Translations under genes and position numbers: made by a program
From: Nitrospirota bacterium
GTDB lineage: Bacteria > Nitrospirota > UBA9217
Length of the DNA stretch: 64,000 bases
Assembly (NCBI GenBank): GCA_963741205.1
Contig: CAVUHW010000010.1
Span: 64,001 to 128,000 of the forward strand
Reading direction: 5' to 3'
The notes under the pieces: model-generated
Told to the model about the DNA's origin: nothing
Seen by the model: the letters and a program-made list of their open reading frames with translations, nothing else
The model's database searches: none
Shown: piece by piece, positions 40,690-51,597 of the stretch
How the letters are laid out: each line of letters opens with the position of its first letter
Position numbering within the stretch: position 1 is the first letter of the stretch

Positions 40690-42820
40690 TTAATCAAGGG
40701 CGTCCCAGGGAGCCGAGATTGTTCCGTCGACCGTCCCGTCACCGTTCGTATCCACTGCTGAAACGGCCACGCCATTCGTCACGGTGACGGTCAGTTGGCT
40801 ATCGTCGGTCGAATTACCTTGAATACTCCGGAGGTTGGCGCAGTGACCGATGCCCCTCCTTGAAGCGGCTGTGCTATTGTCACTGCGAGCGGCCCCAGCC
40901 CGGAGTCCACTGTCAGCGTATCAGTTGTCGAACCAAGGCTGAAGCTCGTGTTTGTAACAGTTGCACTGACAGTGAATGGTCCGATGACGTGCGTGCGGTT
41001 TATCGTTGCACTGCTCTCGCTCCATGTGAACGCCTGCTGCACCGGCGTATCAATGGACTGTGCGAGCTCGGTGAACGTGCCGCCTGCCGCCACTCGCTGG
41101 AAATGCATCCCGCCAGCCATGGTGCTCGTCCCGACGGAATCGACGATCGTTAGGTTGATCGAGGTCAGCGTCGTCTGAAGGGTATAGTTCTCCGACTGCG
41201 GATCCCCGATGACCCCATCAAGCGTGACGGTGAGGCCGCCGTTGATCGTGGCCTGACCCGTGATACATCCAGTGAACGTCAACTCGAAAGAAGTCCCGGT
41301 ATGCAACGGAATCGGCGGCAAGGGATTGAAGGTGTAGGTACCGGCGCTGCAGAAGTCCGTGACCGGATCGTTCCGAGTCTGGCGATCAGCAGATCGAGCG
41401 CCGTCGAGCCGAGTTGACGCGGTTTGGTAAGACCCGACACCGCGGCAGCTGCCACCTCGATGGCGTTGTCGAACTTGATAGTGCCCGTCGTGGCGGGAAC
41501 GCTGATGGTCAGGTCGGTCTCACCGAGGTTGATGGTGTCGCCGTACTTGTCGAGCTTGGCGAGGAGCACGTTACCATCGCTGCTGCCGGTGACGGCATAT
41601 CCTCCGTCTGATACTGCGCAGATGGCGCCGCCGTGGTCGCTCACCGTCGGCCGATTGCCCTTGACCTTCTGCCAGAGCGTATTGCCGTTCGTATCCACCT
41701 TGATCAGGAACAGATCCTCCAATTGAAAGTCGCCGTTAGCATTCGCACTAATTTGTCCTCCATAGGACTGCGTTGTTCCGAAAATCATGTAATTGCCGTC
41801 TTGGGTCAGTATTACTCCCTGGGCTTCGTCCCGTCCAGCGCCGCCGTAAGTCCGGCGCCAGATCTCGTTGCCGCTCCCGTCGGTTTTGATAACAAGCGCG
41901 TCGAGCGGCCCCGTGACCGGCGGTTGCCCGCTTACCAGACCGTGAGAACCCGCCAACACAAACCCGTCAGGAAGCGCAGCAATCGAGGAGATGGTTTCAA
42001 AGTCTGTCGAGGAGGTATTGTAGGCTTTTTGCCAGAGTTTATTCCCCTGGGTGTCAATCTTGAGAAGGAATCCCTTCCACCCAAAACAGCCGGTGTAACC
42101 GGCAATCACAATGTTGCCGTCAGACGTGGCAGCAATGTCACGACCGAAGTCGCTGCCCGCGGCGCAGGAACTTGCATAGTCGAATTTTTCCCACACAACA
42201 GCGCCTGCCAAGTCCGTACGAATGACATAGACGTTTACCGAGGACCCCCCATTTCTGGCTCCCGCTATGATGTAACCGTCACTTACCGGCAATACTGCAT
42301 ACCCGACATCGTCTCCCGTTCCGCCGTAGGTCTTCGGCCAACCCGCAACGGTGTTTCCTGAAGCGTCAATTTTGAGCAGGTACACATCGTCATCGCCTGC
42401 AGCCGTCTTTGCCCGACCTGCGGCGATATAGCCGCCGTCACTGGTTTCTCTTATGGCATTTGCTGTCGCGCTTCCTGTCTCTGCAATACGCTTCTTCCAC
42501 TGGGTTGCGCCCTTAGCGTCGGTCTTCATAAGGAATACGTCAAGAGGGGAGGAAAAATTCGAGGACTGGGATCCGGCTACGACGAAGCCATGGTCGCTAG
42601 TCTCCTGAACCGAGGTTCCCGCACCGACGGCGATGTTGGCGTCATACGGGTACCAGAAGATCGTGGCGCTGTCCGCGCCGGTTCCAACACCACTTGGCGG
42701 TCCCTGATCTACGGCAATGTCATTTCCACCACCGCCTCCGCCCCCGCATGATGCGATATACAGGGAAGCCAATGCACCCAAGAGAATACCTGCCATGATT
42801 ATCAACGGGAGTCTCCTCAT
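40690..42820 (-). CDS. Large lipoprotein with beta-propeller-like repeats (two or more frameshifts)
   Basis: Lipobox IASC-GGGGG; repeated D..G...W.K.YG / T.DGGY..AG units. Confidence 0.75.
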
Positions 42821-43465
42821 GACTTTGCACCTCCTCCACTGGTTTCTGGATGAAAAGGGACCACATGACATTGAAACGAGACTGTTCGCTCGTATTGTTC
42901 AAGAATAAGCCGGTCTTGTTTTCTTTCTCGGCAGCCCGGCTGTATTACGTTTTCAAGACGCTCAGTTCCACTTTACCTTTTGCGAATAGTTTGGCATTAT
43001 CGGGGACAACTACATTTAATCACTGGTATGATAAATCGTCAATTTCAAGCTTGCGCAACTATTCACTTTATTACAGATATTATGTCCGGAGAAAAAACAG
43101 AGGGATTAACAGCGGGATTAAACTGAATGATGATAATCAAGATAAACGTTACATGAGTGAGCGGTGCATAAATGTTTTAAACAACGAAAGTAGTATGAAA
43201 GGATTGTGTCGCAGTATAAAAGAGCCCCGTCTGCTACTTTATCGAGACCTGCCAAAGGTTGCCTGACTTCGTCTCCGACCCTATCTCATAGCCAGGCAAT
43301 GACTGTTCACGCTAAGAGTTTATGCTGCCAGAACCAGGATAAACTGGGTGACATTTTCAACCCGAGGTTCGACCCGAAATTCGCATTTTTTTAATCGCGC
43401 TAAGGCGAGAGTTAGTAAGTGGCATTGATGCCGACCGAGAAAAGGCAGTCCGATCTATTCTGGTC

Positions 43466-43543
43466 GAAACGTTCAGTAACGACGTCATCCTGAAGGTGTT
43501 GTTTTTGACTGATACACTGAGATGCATGTTTCCTGTCGAATTT
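43466..43543 (+). repeat. Island repeat unit
   Basis: GAAAC-G-TTCAG-N13-CTGAA-GGTGTTG..TTCCTGTCGAATTT. Confidence 0.7.
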
Positions 43544-43730
43544 CTTGTGAAGGATATTTGTTCGAGTCCACTATGGGGAGCCAGACATTCCCAAAACTGG
43601 ACACGCATCCGCTCATAGCGAGAAGGTGCCAGTTTTATTTTTTCAATATCCGCAGCCCTCGTCGCATGACTTCCCTGTCGTATACCCTGTTGCCGTCGCC
43701 CCTGATTTCATCCGCCAGAACCTTTAGCTT

Positions 43731-43820
43731 TATTATTTGACACGATAATTGGAGAAGCCTAAAATCGATTTAATCCGTAGCCAAGTATTTTCCGACCCCC
43801 GTGTCACTTGACAAGGGGGC
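43731..43820 (+). repeat. ~90-bp repeat with terminal hairpin (copy 1)
   Basis: TATTATTTGACA..AGCCTAAAATCG..GTATTTTC..CCCCGTGT; second copy at 50965-51052. Confidence 0.65.
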
Positions 43821-43857
43821 TATAGGATGTCCCCAAAGTCACCATTTGGAGGAAGTG

Positions 43858-44535
43858 ATGAAGCTACCTTTCACTGTTGAGCAGTTCTTTGATACGCTCG
43901 CAAGATACAACCTGAGTGTCTGGCCTATGCAGATCATCCTGATTGTGCTGGCGATCGCGGTTATCATTTTGCTATTCAGAGTCCGTCATTACAACAGCCG
44001 CCTTATCGCAGCCGTTCTGTCGTTCTTCTGGGCGTGGATGGCCATCGCTTACCATTTCACATTCTTCACCGCCATCAATCCTGCTGCATTGTTCTTTGGT
44101 GGATTCTTCTTGGTGGGTGCTCTTTGGTTTGCATGGATTGGCGTTCTCAAGAGCAAGCTCCAGTTTTCTCTTCATGGAGGCATTCGAGCTTGGCTCGGTG
44201 GTTTGCTCATAGTGTTCTCCCTTATCATCTACCCGCTAATCGGCTTCCTCTTCGGTCATCGCTATCCCGCAACGCCTAACTTTGGTCTGCCGTGCCCCAC
44301 AACGATTTTCACGCTTGGTATATTGTTATTTGGGGTGGTACCATTCCCACGGTCTGTTTTTATTGTCCCAGTGCTTTGGAGCGCGATAGGCTCTTTTGCT
44401 GCCTTCCAACTCAGAGTCCCTCAAGATTATGGGCTGCTAATCGCGGGATTGATCGGGCTAATTGCTGCTATTTTGCCGGCAAGAACTGCTAACCATGCCA
44501 TGCACCGGATCGCGGATAAATCCGGCTCCCGGTGA
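43858..44535 (+). CDS. DUF6064-like membrane protein
   Basis: MKLPFTVEQF..YN..VWP.Q and FGLPCPTTIFT; multi-TM; stop codon lies inside the attC. Confidence 0.75.
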   Translation: MKLPFTVEQFFDTLARYNLSVWPMQIILIVLAIAVIILLFRVRHYNSRLIAAVLSFFWAWMAIAYHFTFFTAINPAALFFGGFFLVGALWFAWIGVLKSKLQFSLHGGIRAWLGGLLIVFSLIIYPLIGFLFGHRYPATPNFGLPCPTTIFTLGILLFGVVPFPRSVFIVPVLWSAIGSFAAFQLRVPQDYGLLIAGLIGLIAAILPARTANHAMHRIADKSGSR

Positions 44536-44550
44536 TGACAACGTTATAGC
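44487..44550 (+). other. Integron attC site (orphan)
   Basis: TGCTAAC inverse core, ATGCACCGG/CCGGTGAT L boxes, GTTATAG core; 64 bp. Confidence 0.75.
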
Positions 44551-44626
44551 GATATAAATTCTTTCGATTGCCCTGGATTCGTCTTTTTCGGGGAGCCGTG
44601 CCAGCCTCGAGCATCAATTCCGATTG

Positions 44627-44703
44627 TAAACTTCAGTGCGACTATCATCCTGAAGGTATTGATTAAGCGACTCCTCAAAACTCCAATACTACACTTCGAA
44701 TTT
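44627..44703 (+). repeat. Island repeat unit
   Basis: TAAAC-TTCAG-N13-CTGAA-GGTATTG..CTTCGAATTT; TCGAATTT starts 42 nt after CTGAA, as in the 43466 copy. Confidence 0.7.
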
Positions 44704-44915
44704 ACTACCGACTAACCGTAGAATGCCTGTTCAATAGCGTTGACATATCGCGGCATCAAGCTTATATTTAGTTTCGTCAGATCATATGATTTGTCGGCTC
44801 GAAGGCGAGGTGACATGGATGTTACTCGGGGGCTGAAGCGCTACTGCGCGGCCGCATCAACAGCCTGACCTATGATTTTATGCAGTGATTAAACCAGACT
44901 GGGTGAGCGCTGGAC

Positions 44916-46219
44916 ATGAAACCCCGAATCCTTCTCATTAATCCCTGGATACATGACTTCGCCGCCTATAACCTCTGGGCAAGGCCCCTCGGCCTGCACA
45001 AAGTCGCGGAGTTCCTGAGTGCATTTGACGCCGAACTTCTTCTTATAGACTGCACGAATTCATTCGAGTGGAACAAGCACGGCGTCGGCAAATACCGAAG
45101 TGAGATAATCCAAAAACCTGATCTGCTCCGCGGGGTGCCGAGATATTACAAGCGCTACGGCATGTCCGTCAATGAATTCCGGCTTCGGCTCAAATCACTC
45201 CTGCCAATAGACATCGTCCTCATGACAGGGGTCATGACATACTGGTACCCGGGGGTGCAGGAGGCTATTTGGCATGTGCGCGACGTTTCTGGCAAGGTTC
45301 CCGTTGTCATCGGCGGCATTTATCCAACGCTATACCCCGATCACGCGCTCAAAAACACCGGCGCGAGCGGTATTCACATGGGAAGGGTAGATGAGGGCCT
45401 CATCAGGATTTTTCATGATTTTGGGATAGTCATCGATCGCCGGCGCGGCCCTGTTTCACACCATACCTTGGGGTTTCATGCTGATCAAGCATTTGCGCCG
45501 CTTCTTACGTCATCGGGATGCCCTTTTCACTGCTCCTACTGCGCATCGAATCTGCTTTATCCTGTTTACGAAAAACGATCCGCAACGGATATCTTAAACG
45601 AGATTCGGCGACTGGCCGCTCTCGGGGTAAGCGACTTCGCGTTTTACGATGATGCGTTGCTATACCGGTCCAGTGAGCATATCAAGCCCCTCCTTGAGGG
45701 TATAATCCGGTCCGGCCTCTGCGTCCGGCTTCACGCCCCGAATGGCCTGCACGCCCGCTTCATAGATCCCGATCTGGCATATTTGATGAGAGAGTCCGGC
45801 TTTGCGACCATACGGCTTGGTCTCGAGACCGTAGATTCCTCAAGGCAGGGAAAAACCGGTGGGAAGGTGGCGAATGCAGATTTCGAAAGGGCGGTCATAC
45901 ATTTGAAACGGGCTGGATTCACAAGGGTCCAAATCGGCGCATATCTGCTGTATCGGATTGCCTGATCAGGGACTGGAAGAGGTCGAGAGGGGAGTAGAAT
46001 TCCTGGAAGGGCAGGATGTGCACATCCATTTAGCGGAATTTTCTCCGATAAGGGGTACGGCCTCCTGGGATGATCTGGTAACGCTGGCGCGTCATTACTG
46101 ACGATCTCGACCCGCTTCTTACGAACAACACTGCTTTTTCGTACCTGTATTCCGGGTATGATTGGGACATGGTGAACAAGCTGAAGATCAGGGTAAAGGC
46201 CCATAACCAGGCCATCTGA
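44916..46219 (+). CDS. B12-binding radical SAM protein (frameshift near 45955)
   Basis: PLGL, GGIYPT, TSSGCPFHCSYC, FYDD and GLET. Confidence 0.85.
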
Positions 46220-46308
46220 TTATTTCTGAATAAATCTCCGGCACCCCCTATGATGTGTCCTTAGTGCCCTGTGAGTAATCGTGGACTTGGCTTCCCAGTG
46301 AGGGTTAA

Positions 46309-46602
46309 ATGGATACCGATGATTTGACAGAAATGGCTTATGCTACTATCTCAATTGCCAACGAAGTCCTTGACGCACTCCGCTTGGAAATTGGCGCTTC
46401 CGCAAAAGATTACTTGTCAGAGGATGATTTTTTGACAGGCACACTTTCAAATCTAAAAGATATTCTCGCTGATCCTGAGAGCTACTTGGATTCGTGGAAT
46501 TACATGGATACAGTAAACTCGAAACGCTTTGCAAAGGGGATTGAGAAAATAATTCGCCTAGTCGAGATAGAGAAGGCTGCCCTGTTCGGGATGAAATGTT
46601 GA
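46309..46602 (+). CDS. Hypothetical protein
   Basis: 97-aa ORF with GAGG RBS; its 3' end runs into a repeat unit. Confidence 0.65.
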   Translation: MDTDDLTEMAYATISIANEVLDALRLEIGASAKDYLSEDDFLTGTLSNLKDILADPESYLDSWNYMDTVNSKRFAKGIEKIIRLVEIEKAALFGMKC

Positions 46603-46669
46603 ACCACAACGTCATCCTGAAATAAACGGCAGCATCAGGTCTCAGAAACGAGAACTTCATTTCGAATTT
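46592..46669 (+). repeat. Island repeat unit
   Basis: TGAAATGTTGAACCACAACG-TCATCCTGAA-ATAAACG..AAACGAGAACTTCATTTCGAATTT; right arm aligns with the 20579 copy. Confidence 0.65.
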
Positions 46670-46765
46670 AATATACCCATTCGAGTCCGGCATGGGGACG
46701 GCAGTCGTTTCACGGATTGGAGAGGAGACTTTATCGTGGCGTAATCCGGAAGTTCTGTTAACTCC

Positions 46766-47578
46766 CTAACGCCGGGGCACCTTCCCCGGATCATCAGGCG
46801 CAACCATCATGTTCCGGACGTCGATCATCGATTGTTCGCTTACATCGAGCAAACCTTCCTGCGGAAGGTCTAGATCGGCAATCAGCAGGATGATAAGCGA
46901 AAAAGTCAGCGCGAGCGATAGGATAATGGGGGACCTTTTCGATCCGGACAGCCCGGCATGATACCCCATTCCTCCCATTGCCAGCGACGAAATGAGATAA
47001 AGCGCCATCCAGATGCTGCCGGGAATATGGTTTCGCGTAACCAGCATGACGCGTTTTGCATGGAGATCCATCAGGCTGTTCAACGACTGGATGAAAAGTC
47101 CGACAACCGATTCCCGCGGATACTTTCTCCCGAGGACCTCGGTCTGGGCCCAGAGCTGGCGTTGGAGCTTCTCTGATCTTGTGATAGTCTGTTCGTAAGT
47201 CCGCCGTTGAACACCCGCCACGCGCATGTCGACGTACTCGCGCAGGATGCTGCGAACTTGCGAGCGATGCGGCTCTTCCAGCAGGCCAGCGCGCTGATAA
47301 GTCGTCCCGATTGCATTGGCCTCTTCGAGCACCGCCATTTTCCTTGCATCGAAGCGAGTAGCGGCAAGCCCGAAGGTAAAGGCAAGCATGAATGCCAAGA
47401 GTCCGAGCATTGCCCCCACCACCGCACCAACCGGCGTTTCTTTTTCCTGGTCCGAGCGTTGACGACGCCTGGACCCGAGCTGATAGCCGCCCTCAATCGA
47501 CACCAGAACGATCGCAACAGTAGCTGCAAACAACGCCCAGAGCGGCAAGCTAGCAAGCGCCCCTTCGATGGTCTTCAT
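46766..47578 (-). CDS. DUF4239 / bestrophin-like membrane protein
   Basis: LGLLAFMLAFTF..RFDARK..EANAIGT and DLDLP..G. Confidence 0.8.
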   Translation of the reverse strand: MKTIEGALASLPLWALFAATVAIVLVSIEGGYQLGSRRRQRSDQEKETPVGAVVGAMLGLLAFMLAFTFGLAATRFDARKMAVLEEANAIGTTYQRAGLLEEPHRSQVRSILREYVDMRVAGVQRRTYEQTITRSEKLQRQLWAQTEVLGRKYPRESVVGLFIQSLNSLMDLHAKRVMLVTRNHIPGSIWMALYLISSLAMGGMGYHAGLSGSKRSPIILSLALTFSLIILLIADLDLPQEGLLDVSEQSMIDVRNMMVAPDDPGKVPRR

Positions 47579-47885
47579 CTATAATCCTCATGAACTGCCC
47601 TGATCGCATACGTTGACCGCGGCCTTCTTTCGGCCACATCAATGTCTTCACATCGCCGGACATGCCGATAAGGAAACAATGAATATACCTTAGCAGATTT
47701 TGGACGTTCGTCAAGCCAGTGTGGCGGGGCCTATGCGGGTAAAAATCCATGCCCGCTCGGCACAGAAAACACGAAGGAAGTACCTTTAGGAGGAGTTCAT
47801 GTGTAAGATACAACTGCCATCCTTCATCTTCGCGTCATTGTTCGCCAGTGCGCACTACGAGATAAAGTCCGTATTATCAAAAAAG

Positions 47886-47956
47886 TGAAACTCTCATGAA
47901 GTACCTTCCTGAAACAGTATTGTTTCCATTCCTATAAACAATCAATAGTTCGTACT
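47886..47956 (+). repeat. Island repeat unit (degenerate)
   Basis: TGAAAC..TTCCTGAA..TTCCATTCCT..AACAATCAATAGTTCGTACT. Confidence 0.5.
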
Positions 47957-48158
47957 GTAATCTCGGTTATAAAGCCCGCTATTTCTTGTTTATCCAATGC
48001 AATACCCCCAAATTCCCGTCTCATCTTGTGCTAGAATTTAAGAGTCTTTAAACTGTTAAAATGTGGTATCTTGCGCGGTCTCGCTCCAGCCGGGGCAGTG
48101 AGTCATGCTGCTGAGTTTGAATATTAGGCACACAAAGAGTGGCTTTGGAGGTCAGCAC

Positions 48159-48936
48159 ATGAAGAAAGTCACAGCGTTCGTCGGCACTGCTCGCAAGAAG
48201 CACACCTATTACGCGGTTCGCCAGTTCCTGGATAACCTGCAAGTCGCTCGGTGACGTCGAATACGAGATCGTCGCTCTCACTGACTACCGGGTGGAGATG
48301 TGCCGGGGTTGCAAGAACTGCTTTCGCAAGGGCGAGGAGTTCTGCCCGCTGAAGGACGACCGGGACGTGCTCATCGAGAAGATGATGACGTCGGACGGGG
48401 TGGTCTTCGCAACCCCGAACTACTCGTACCAGGTCTCAGCGATCATGAAGATGTTTCTCGACAGGCTCGGCTTTGTGTTCCATCGTCCGCGCTTCTTCGG
48501 CAAGACCTTTACCAGCATCGTGGCCCAGGGTATCTACGGCGGGTCGAAGATAGTGAAGTACCTGGACTTCGTGGGCATGGGCCTTGGTTTCAACGTGGTC
48601 AAGGGAAGTTGTACTACAGCCCTCGACCCGATGAGTGAGAAGGAACGAGAAAAGATCGACAGCATCGTTGCAGGGCACAGCAAGAGGTTCCACGCCGGAC
48701 TGTCGCAGCCACAGTATCCCGTCCCGGCGCTTTTCAAGCTCTGGGCCTTCAGGGCGGCCCGGACGAGTATGCGGGTGATGCTCGACGAAACCTCTCGCGA
48801 CTTTACGTACTACCGGGACAAGGGCTGGTTCGAAGCCGACTACTTCTATCCCACGCGCTTAGGCGTGCTGAAGAAGGCGACAGGCAGTCTCGTCGACTCG
48901 ATAACAGCGCGCATGACGAGTAACAGGGAAAGTTAG
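48159..48936 (+). CDS. Flavodoxin-like iron-sulfur flavoprotein / FMN reductase (frameshift near 48240)
   Basis: CRGCKNC..CPLKDD, ATPNY and MKMFLDR; GGAGG RBS. Confidence 0.85.
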
Positions 48937-48993
48937 CCGGCGCTGTCACGTGAGCCTAGAAATGATCTTGTCAGGCCGCTAGAGGAGAACATC

Positions 48994-49920
48994 ATGACGA
49001 CCATCAATGCTTTCATCAAGAGACATCCGGTGCTGACCTATTTCGCCCTAGCGTTCGCCATCTCATGGGGCGGTGTACTCCTGGTCATCGGCGGACCTGG
49101 CGCAATCCCGGGCACCGAGAAGCAAGTCGAGACGCTGTTCCCGTTCGTGATGCTGGCGTGGTTCGCCGGCCCCAGCGTAGCAGGCATCCTGTTGACCGGC
49201 CTCGTCGATGGGAGGGCGGGCTTTCGCAACCTCCTTCACGGAATGACGAGGTGGCGGGTGGGCGCACGCTGGTACGCGGTCGCGCTCCTGACCGCCCCGC
49301 TCTTCTACACGGCGGTACTCTTTGCGCTCTCGCTAACCTCCCCTGAGTTCCTCCCCGGCATACTCACCACGAGCGACAAGGCGTCCCTGCTGCTGTTCGG
49401 TATCGCGTATGGGCTTATAGGCGGCGGCCTCCTGGAGGAACTCGGCTGGACGGGGTTCGCCGTGCCCAGGCTGAGGCTGCGTTACGGTGTCCTCGTCACC
49501 GGGCTCATCGTGGGGGTGCTGTGGGGAGCGCTGCACTTCTCGGTGATCTTCTGGCTCAGCCGCAGTACCATCGGAGGGCTCCCGCTGGCCCTCTTCCTGA
49601 CCGTGAGAGGCTTCGATCTTCTTGTCGGGGGACTGCCGGCCTTCAGGGTGCTCATGGTGTGGGTCTACGACCGTACGGGAAGCCTGCTCGTGGCGATGCT
49701 CATGCACGCGAGTCTCTCAGCCAGCATGCTGATCCTCGGTCCTCCGGCGATATCAGGGGTGCCCTTCTTGACCTACTGCCTCGTATCGTCCGTCGCGATG
49801 TGGGTCGTCGTCGCCGCGGTCGCTGTGGTCAACCGCTGGCAGCTCTCGCGACAACCGCTCTCGGGGCCAAGGGAAATGCGTGACAAACACATTGTTCCGG
49901 GGGCTGATGATGCGGGATGA
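48994..49920 (+). CDS. CPBP (CAAX/Abi) intramembrane metalloprotease
   Basis: EELGW.G, WGALH and AMLMH motifs. Confidence 0.88.
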   Translation: MTTINAFIKRHPVLTYFALAFAISWGGVLLVIGGPGAIPGTEKQVETLFPFVMLAWFAGPSVAGILLTGLVDGRAGFRNLLHGMTRWRVGARWYAVALLTAPLFYTAVLFALSLTSPEFLPGILTTSDKASLLLFGIAYGLIGGGLLEELGWTGFAVPRLRLRYGVLVTGLIVGVLWGALHFSVIFWLSRSTIGGLPLALFLTVRGFDLLVGGLPAFRVLMVWVYDRTGSLLVAMLMHASLSASMLILGPPAISGVPFLTYCLVSSVAMWVVVAAVAVVNRWQLSRQPLSGPREMRDKHIVPGADDAG

Positions 49921-49951
49921 ATGATGACTTGTAAAACAAGTAGGATAGAGA

Positions 49952-50623
49952 ATGAAAACGACAATTTTAAGCTCAACAGGTTTTTCAGGAAATATCTCGT
50001 TGGGAAAAGGCTTGCTCATCTGCGGCATCCTCACTTCACTGCTGTATGTAGCTTCCGACATCGTCGCGGCCATGAGCTGGGAAGGCTACAGCTACACTGC
50101 ACAAACCGTCAGCGAGTTGAGGGCTATCGGGGCGCCGACAAGACCTTTCCTGGTTCCGGTTCTTATAATCTATGCTTTGCTTGAAATCGCATTCGGATGG
50201 GGCGTCCGGGGAGCGGCCGGACAAAAGCGCGCTCTGCGTATTGCGGGAGTTCTGCTGATTGGACTCGGGGTTGTCGACTTAGCGGCGCCATTTTTCCCGA
50301 TGCACCTTCGCGGAACTGAGTCAACGCTGACCGATACGATGCACATCATTCTCACGGTTGTGACCGTGCTCTTGATTCTGCTGATTATCGGTTTCGGATC
50401 TGCCGCGGACGGAAAGCAGTTCCGCGTCTACTCGATCGCGACTATCTTGATACTATTCGCGTGCGGATCTTGGGCATTTTGGGATGCTCCCCGGATTGGA
50501 GCCAACCTGCCGACGCCGTGGGTCGGGGTGAGGGAGCGCATCAACATCTACGGGTACATGCTCTGGATGGCGGTGCTGGCTATTGTCCTCTTGCGCGCCC
50601 GAAATTCCACAGCCCACAGATGA
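49952..50623 (+). CDS. DUF998 membrane protein
   Basis: GYSYTAQTVSEL.AIGAP and GVRERI. Confidence 0.8.
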   Translation: MKTTILSSTGFSGNISLGKGLLICGILTSLLYVASDIVAAMSWEGYSYTAQTVSELRAIGAPTRPFLVPVLIIYALLEIAFGWGVRGAAGQKRALRIAGVLLIGLGVVDLAAPFFPMHLRGTESTLTDTMHIILTVVTVLLILLIIGFGSAADGKQFRVYSIATILILFACGSWAFWDAPRIGANLPTPWVGVRERINIYGYMLWMAVLAIVLLRARNSTAHR

Positions 50624-50964
50624 CCTTGGTAAAGAATTGCTTCTGGCTGGATTGGGCCAGGTTGGAGCTGCCTTGGTTTCGCAGACGGTCCGTTCTTCTT
50701 AGATAAAATTGCGATAATAATTTCCTTAACGAGTCCATCGAGCCGTTGAAAACTTCGCAACTCGTTGTAAAGTGATTTGCGTTCTTTCAACTGCCCTGTT
50801 TCGTCATCCCTGGGGAGCCAATAACCACGTAACGGGGCATCCCGCACTAGGTGCGGAATCGATTTCCTTGCGTTTTACTTTTCGACTTTGCCGGACTATA
50901 ACTAGGGTCTGGCATCGACCCTCCGCATTCCCCCTCAACTCCGTTGTATGTTTTACTATACCGA

Positions 50965-51052
50965 TATTATTTGACATGGCCATCGAACGAGCCTAAAATC
51001 GTTCATCAAATCGCAGTGTATTTTCAGGCCCCCGTGTTACAGAAACGGGGCC
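50965..51052 (+). repeat. ~90-bp repeat with terminal hairpin (copy 2)
   Basis: Homologous to 43731-43820; hairpin GGCCCC..GGGGCC. Confidence 0.65.
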
Positions 51053-51185
51053 ATCTCGTCCCACTAATACGGGACTTCGGGAAAAGTAGTGACGGTTATC
51101 GTCCTTATAACAGTGATATTCCCAAAATCCGTTGCTATCTATCCATTATCATTATTACCTTGTTAATGATAAGGAGAATGTATGT

Positions 51186-51425
51186 ATGAGTAAAAAGCCG
51201 GTTGCTGCTGGGAAAAGCAGCTTTGATTTAATTAACCCATCAGATTTTTACTCAAATATCAAAATCCATCCAAGCGCTCAAGTACTTGATGTGGCCTGTG
51301 GGGTTGGACGATATAGTATCGAAATTTCAAAGTTCTTAGATGAAAAAGGCTTGATCCATGCCGTAGATTTATGGGAGGAGGGAATTGAGAGTCTAAAAAA
51401 CTCGATACGAGAAAAAGGCATATCA
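51186..51425 (+). CDS. Class I SAM methyltransferase, truncated at the junction
   Basis: VLDVACGVG and AVDLW; ends where base composition switches. Confidence 0.75.
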
Positions 51426-51430
51426 GCCGG
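51420..51430. other. Abrupt compositional junction (probable chimeric join)
   Basis: AT-rich coding sequence abuts very high-GC sequence; genes cut on both sides. Confidence 0.85.
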
Positions 51431-51597
51431 TCCTCGGGCTCCTCCTCGAAGCCGATGCGCACGATGCCCTCGGCGCCCTGGACGACCAGCAGGCGCCCGA
51501 TCGGCGTGCTCAACCGCGTGAACACGGCGTCGGCGAGCCCCTCGCGCACGGCGGCCGAGGCGAGCGAATCCAGGAACTTCTCGGAGAGCGGGGTCAT
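51426..51597 (-). CDS. Methylated-DNA-protein-cysteine methyltransferase (Ogt-like), N-terminal part only
   Basis: STPIGRLLV..GIVRIGF; coupled to an ECF sigma factor. Confidence 0.7.

Noticed and set aside
8365-47956. Repeat units as a CRISPR array
   Set aside because: Copies are degenerate, dispersed over tens of kb and separated by genes rather than fixed-length spacers
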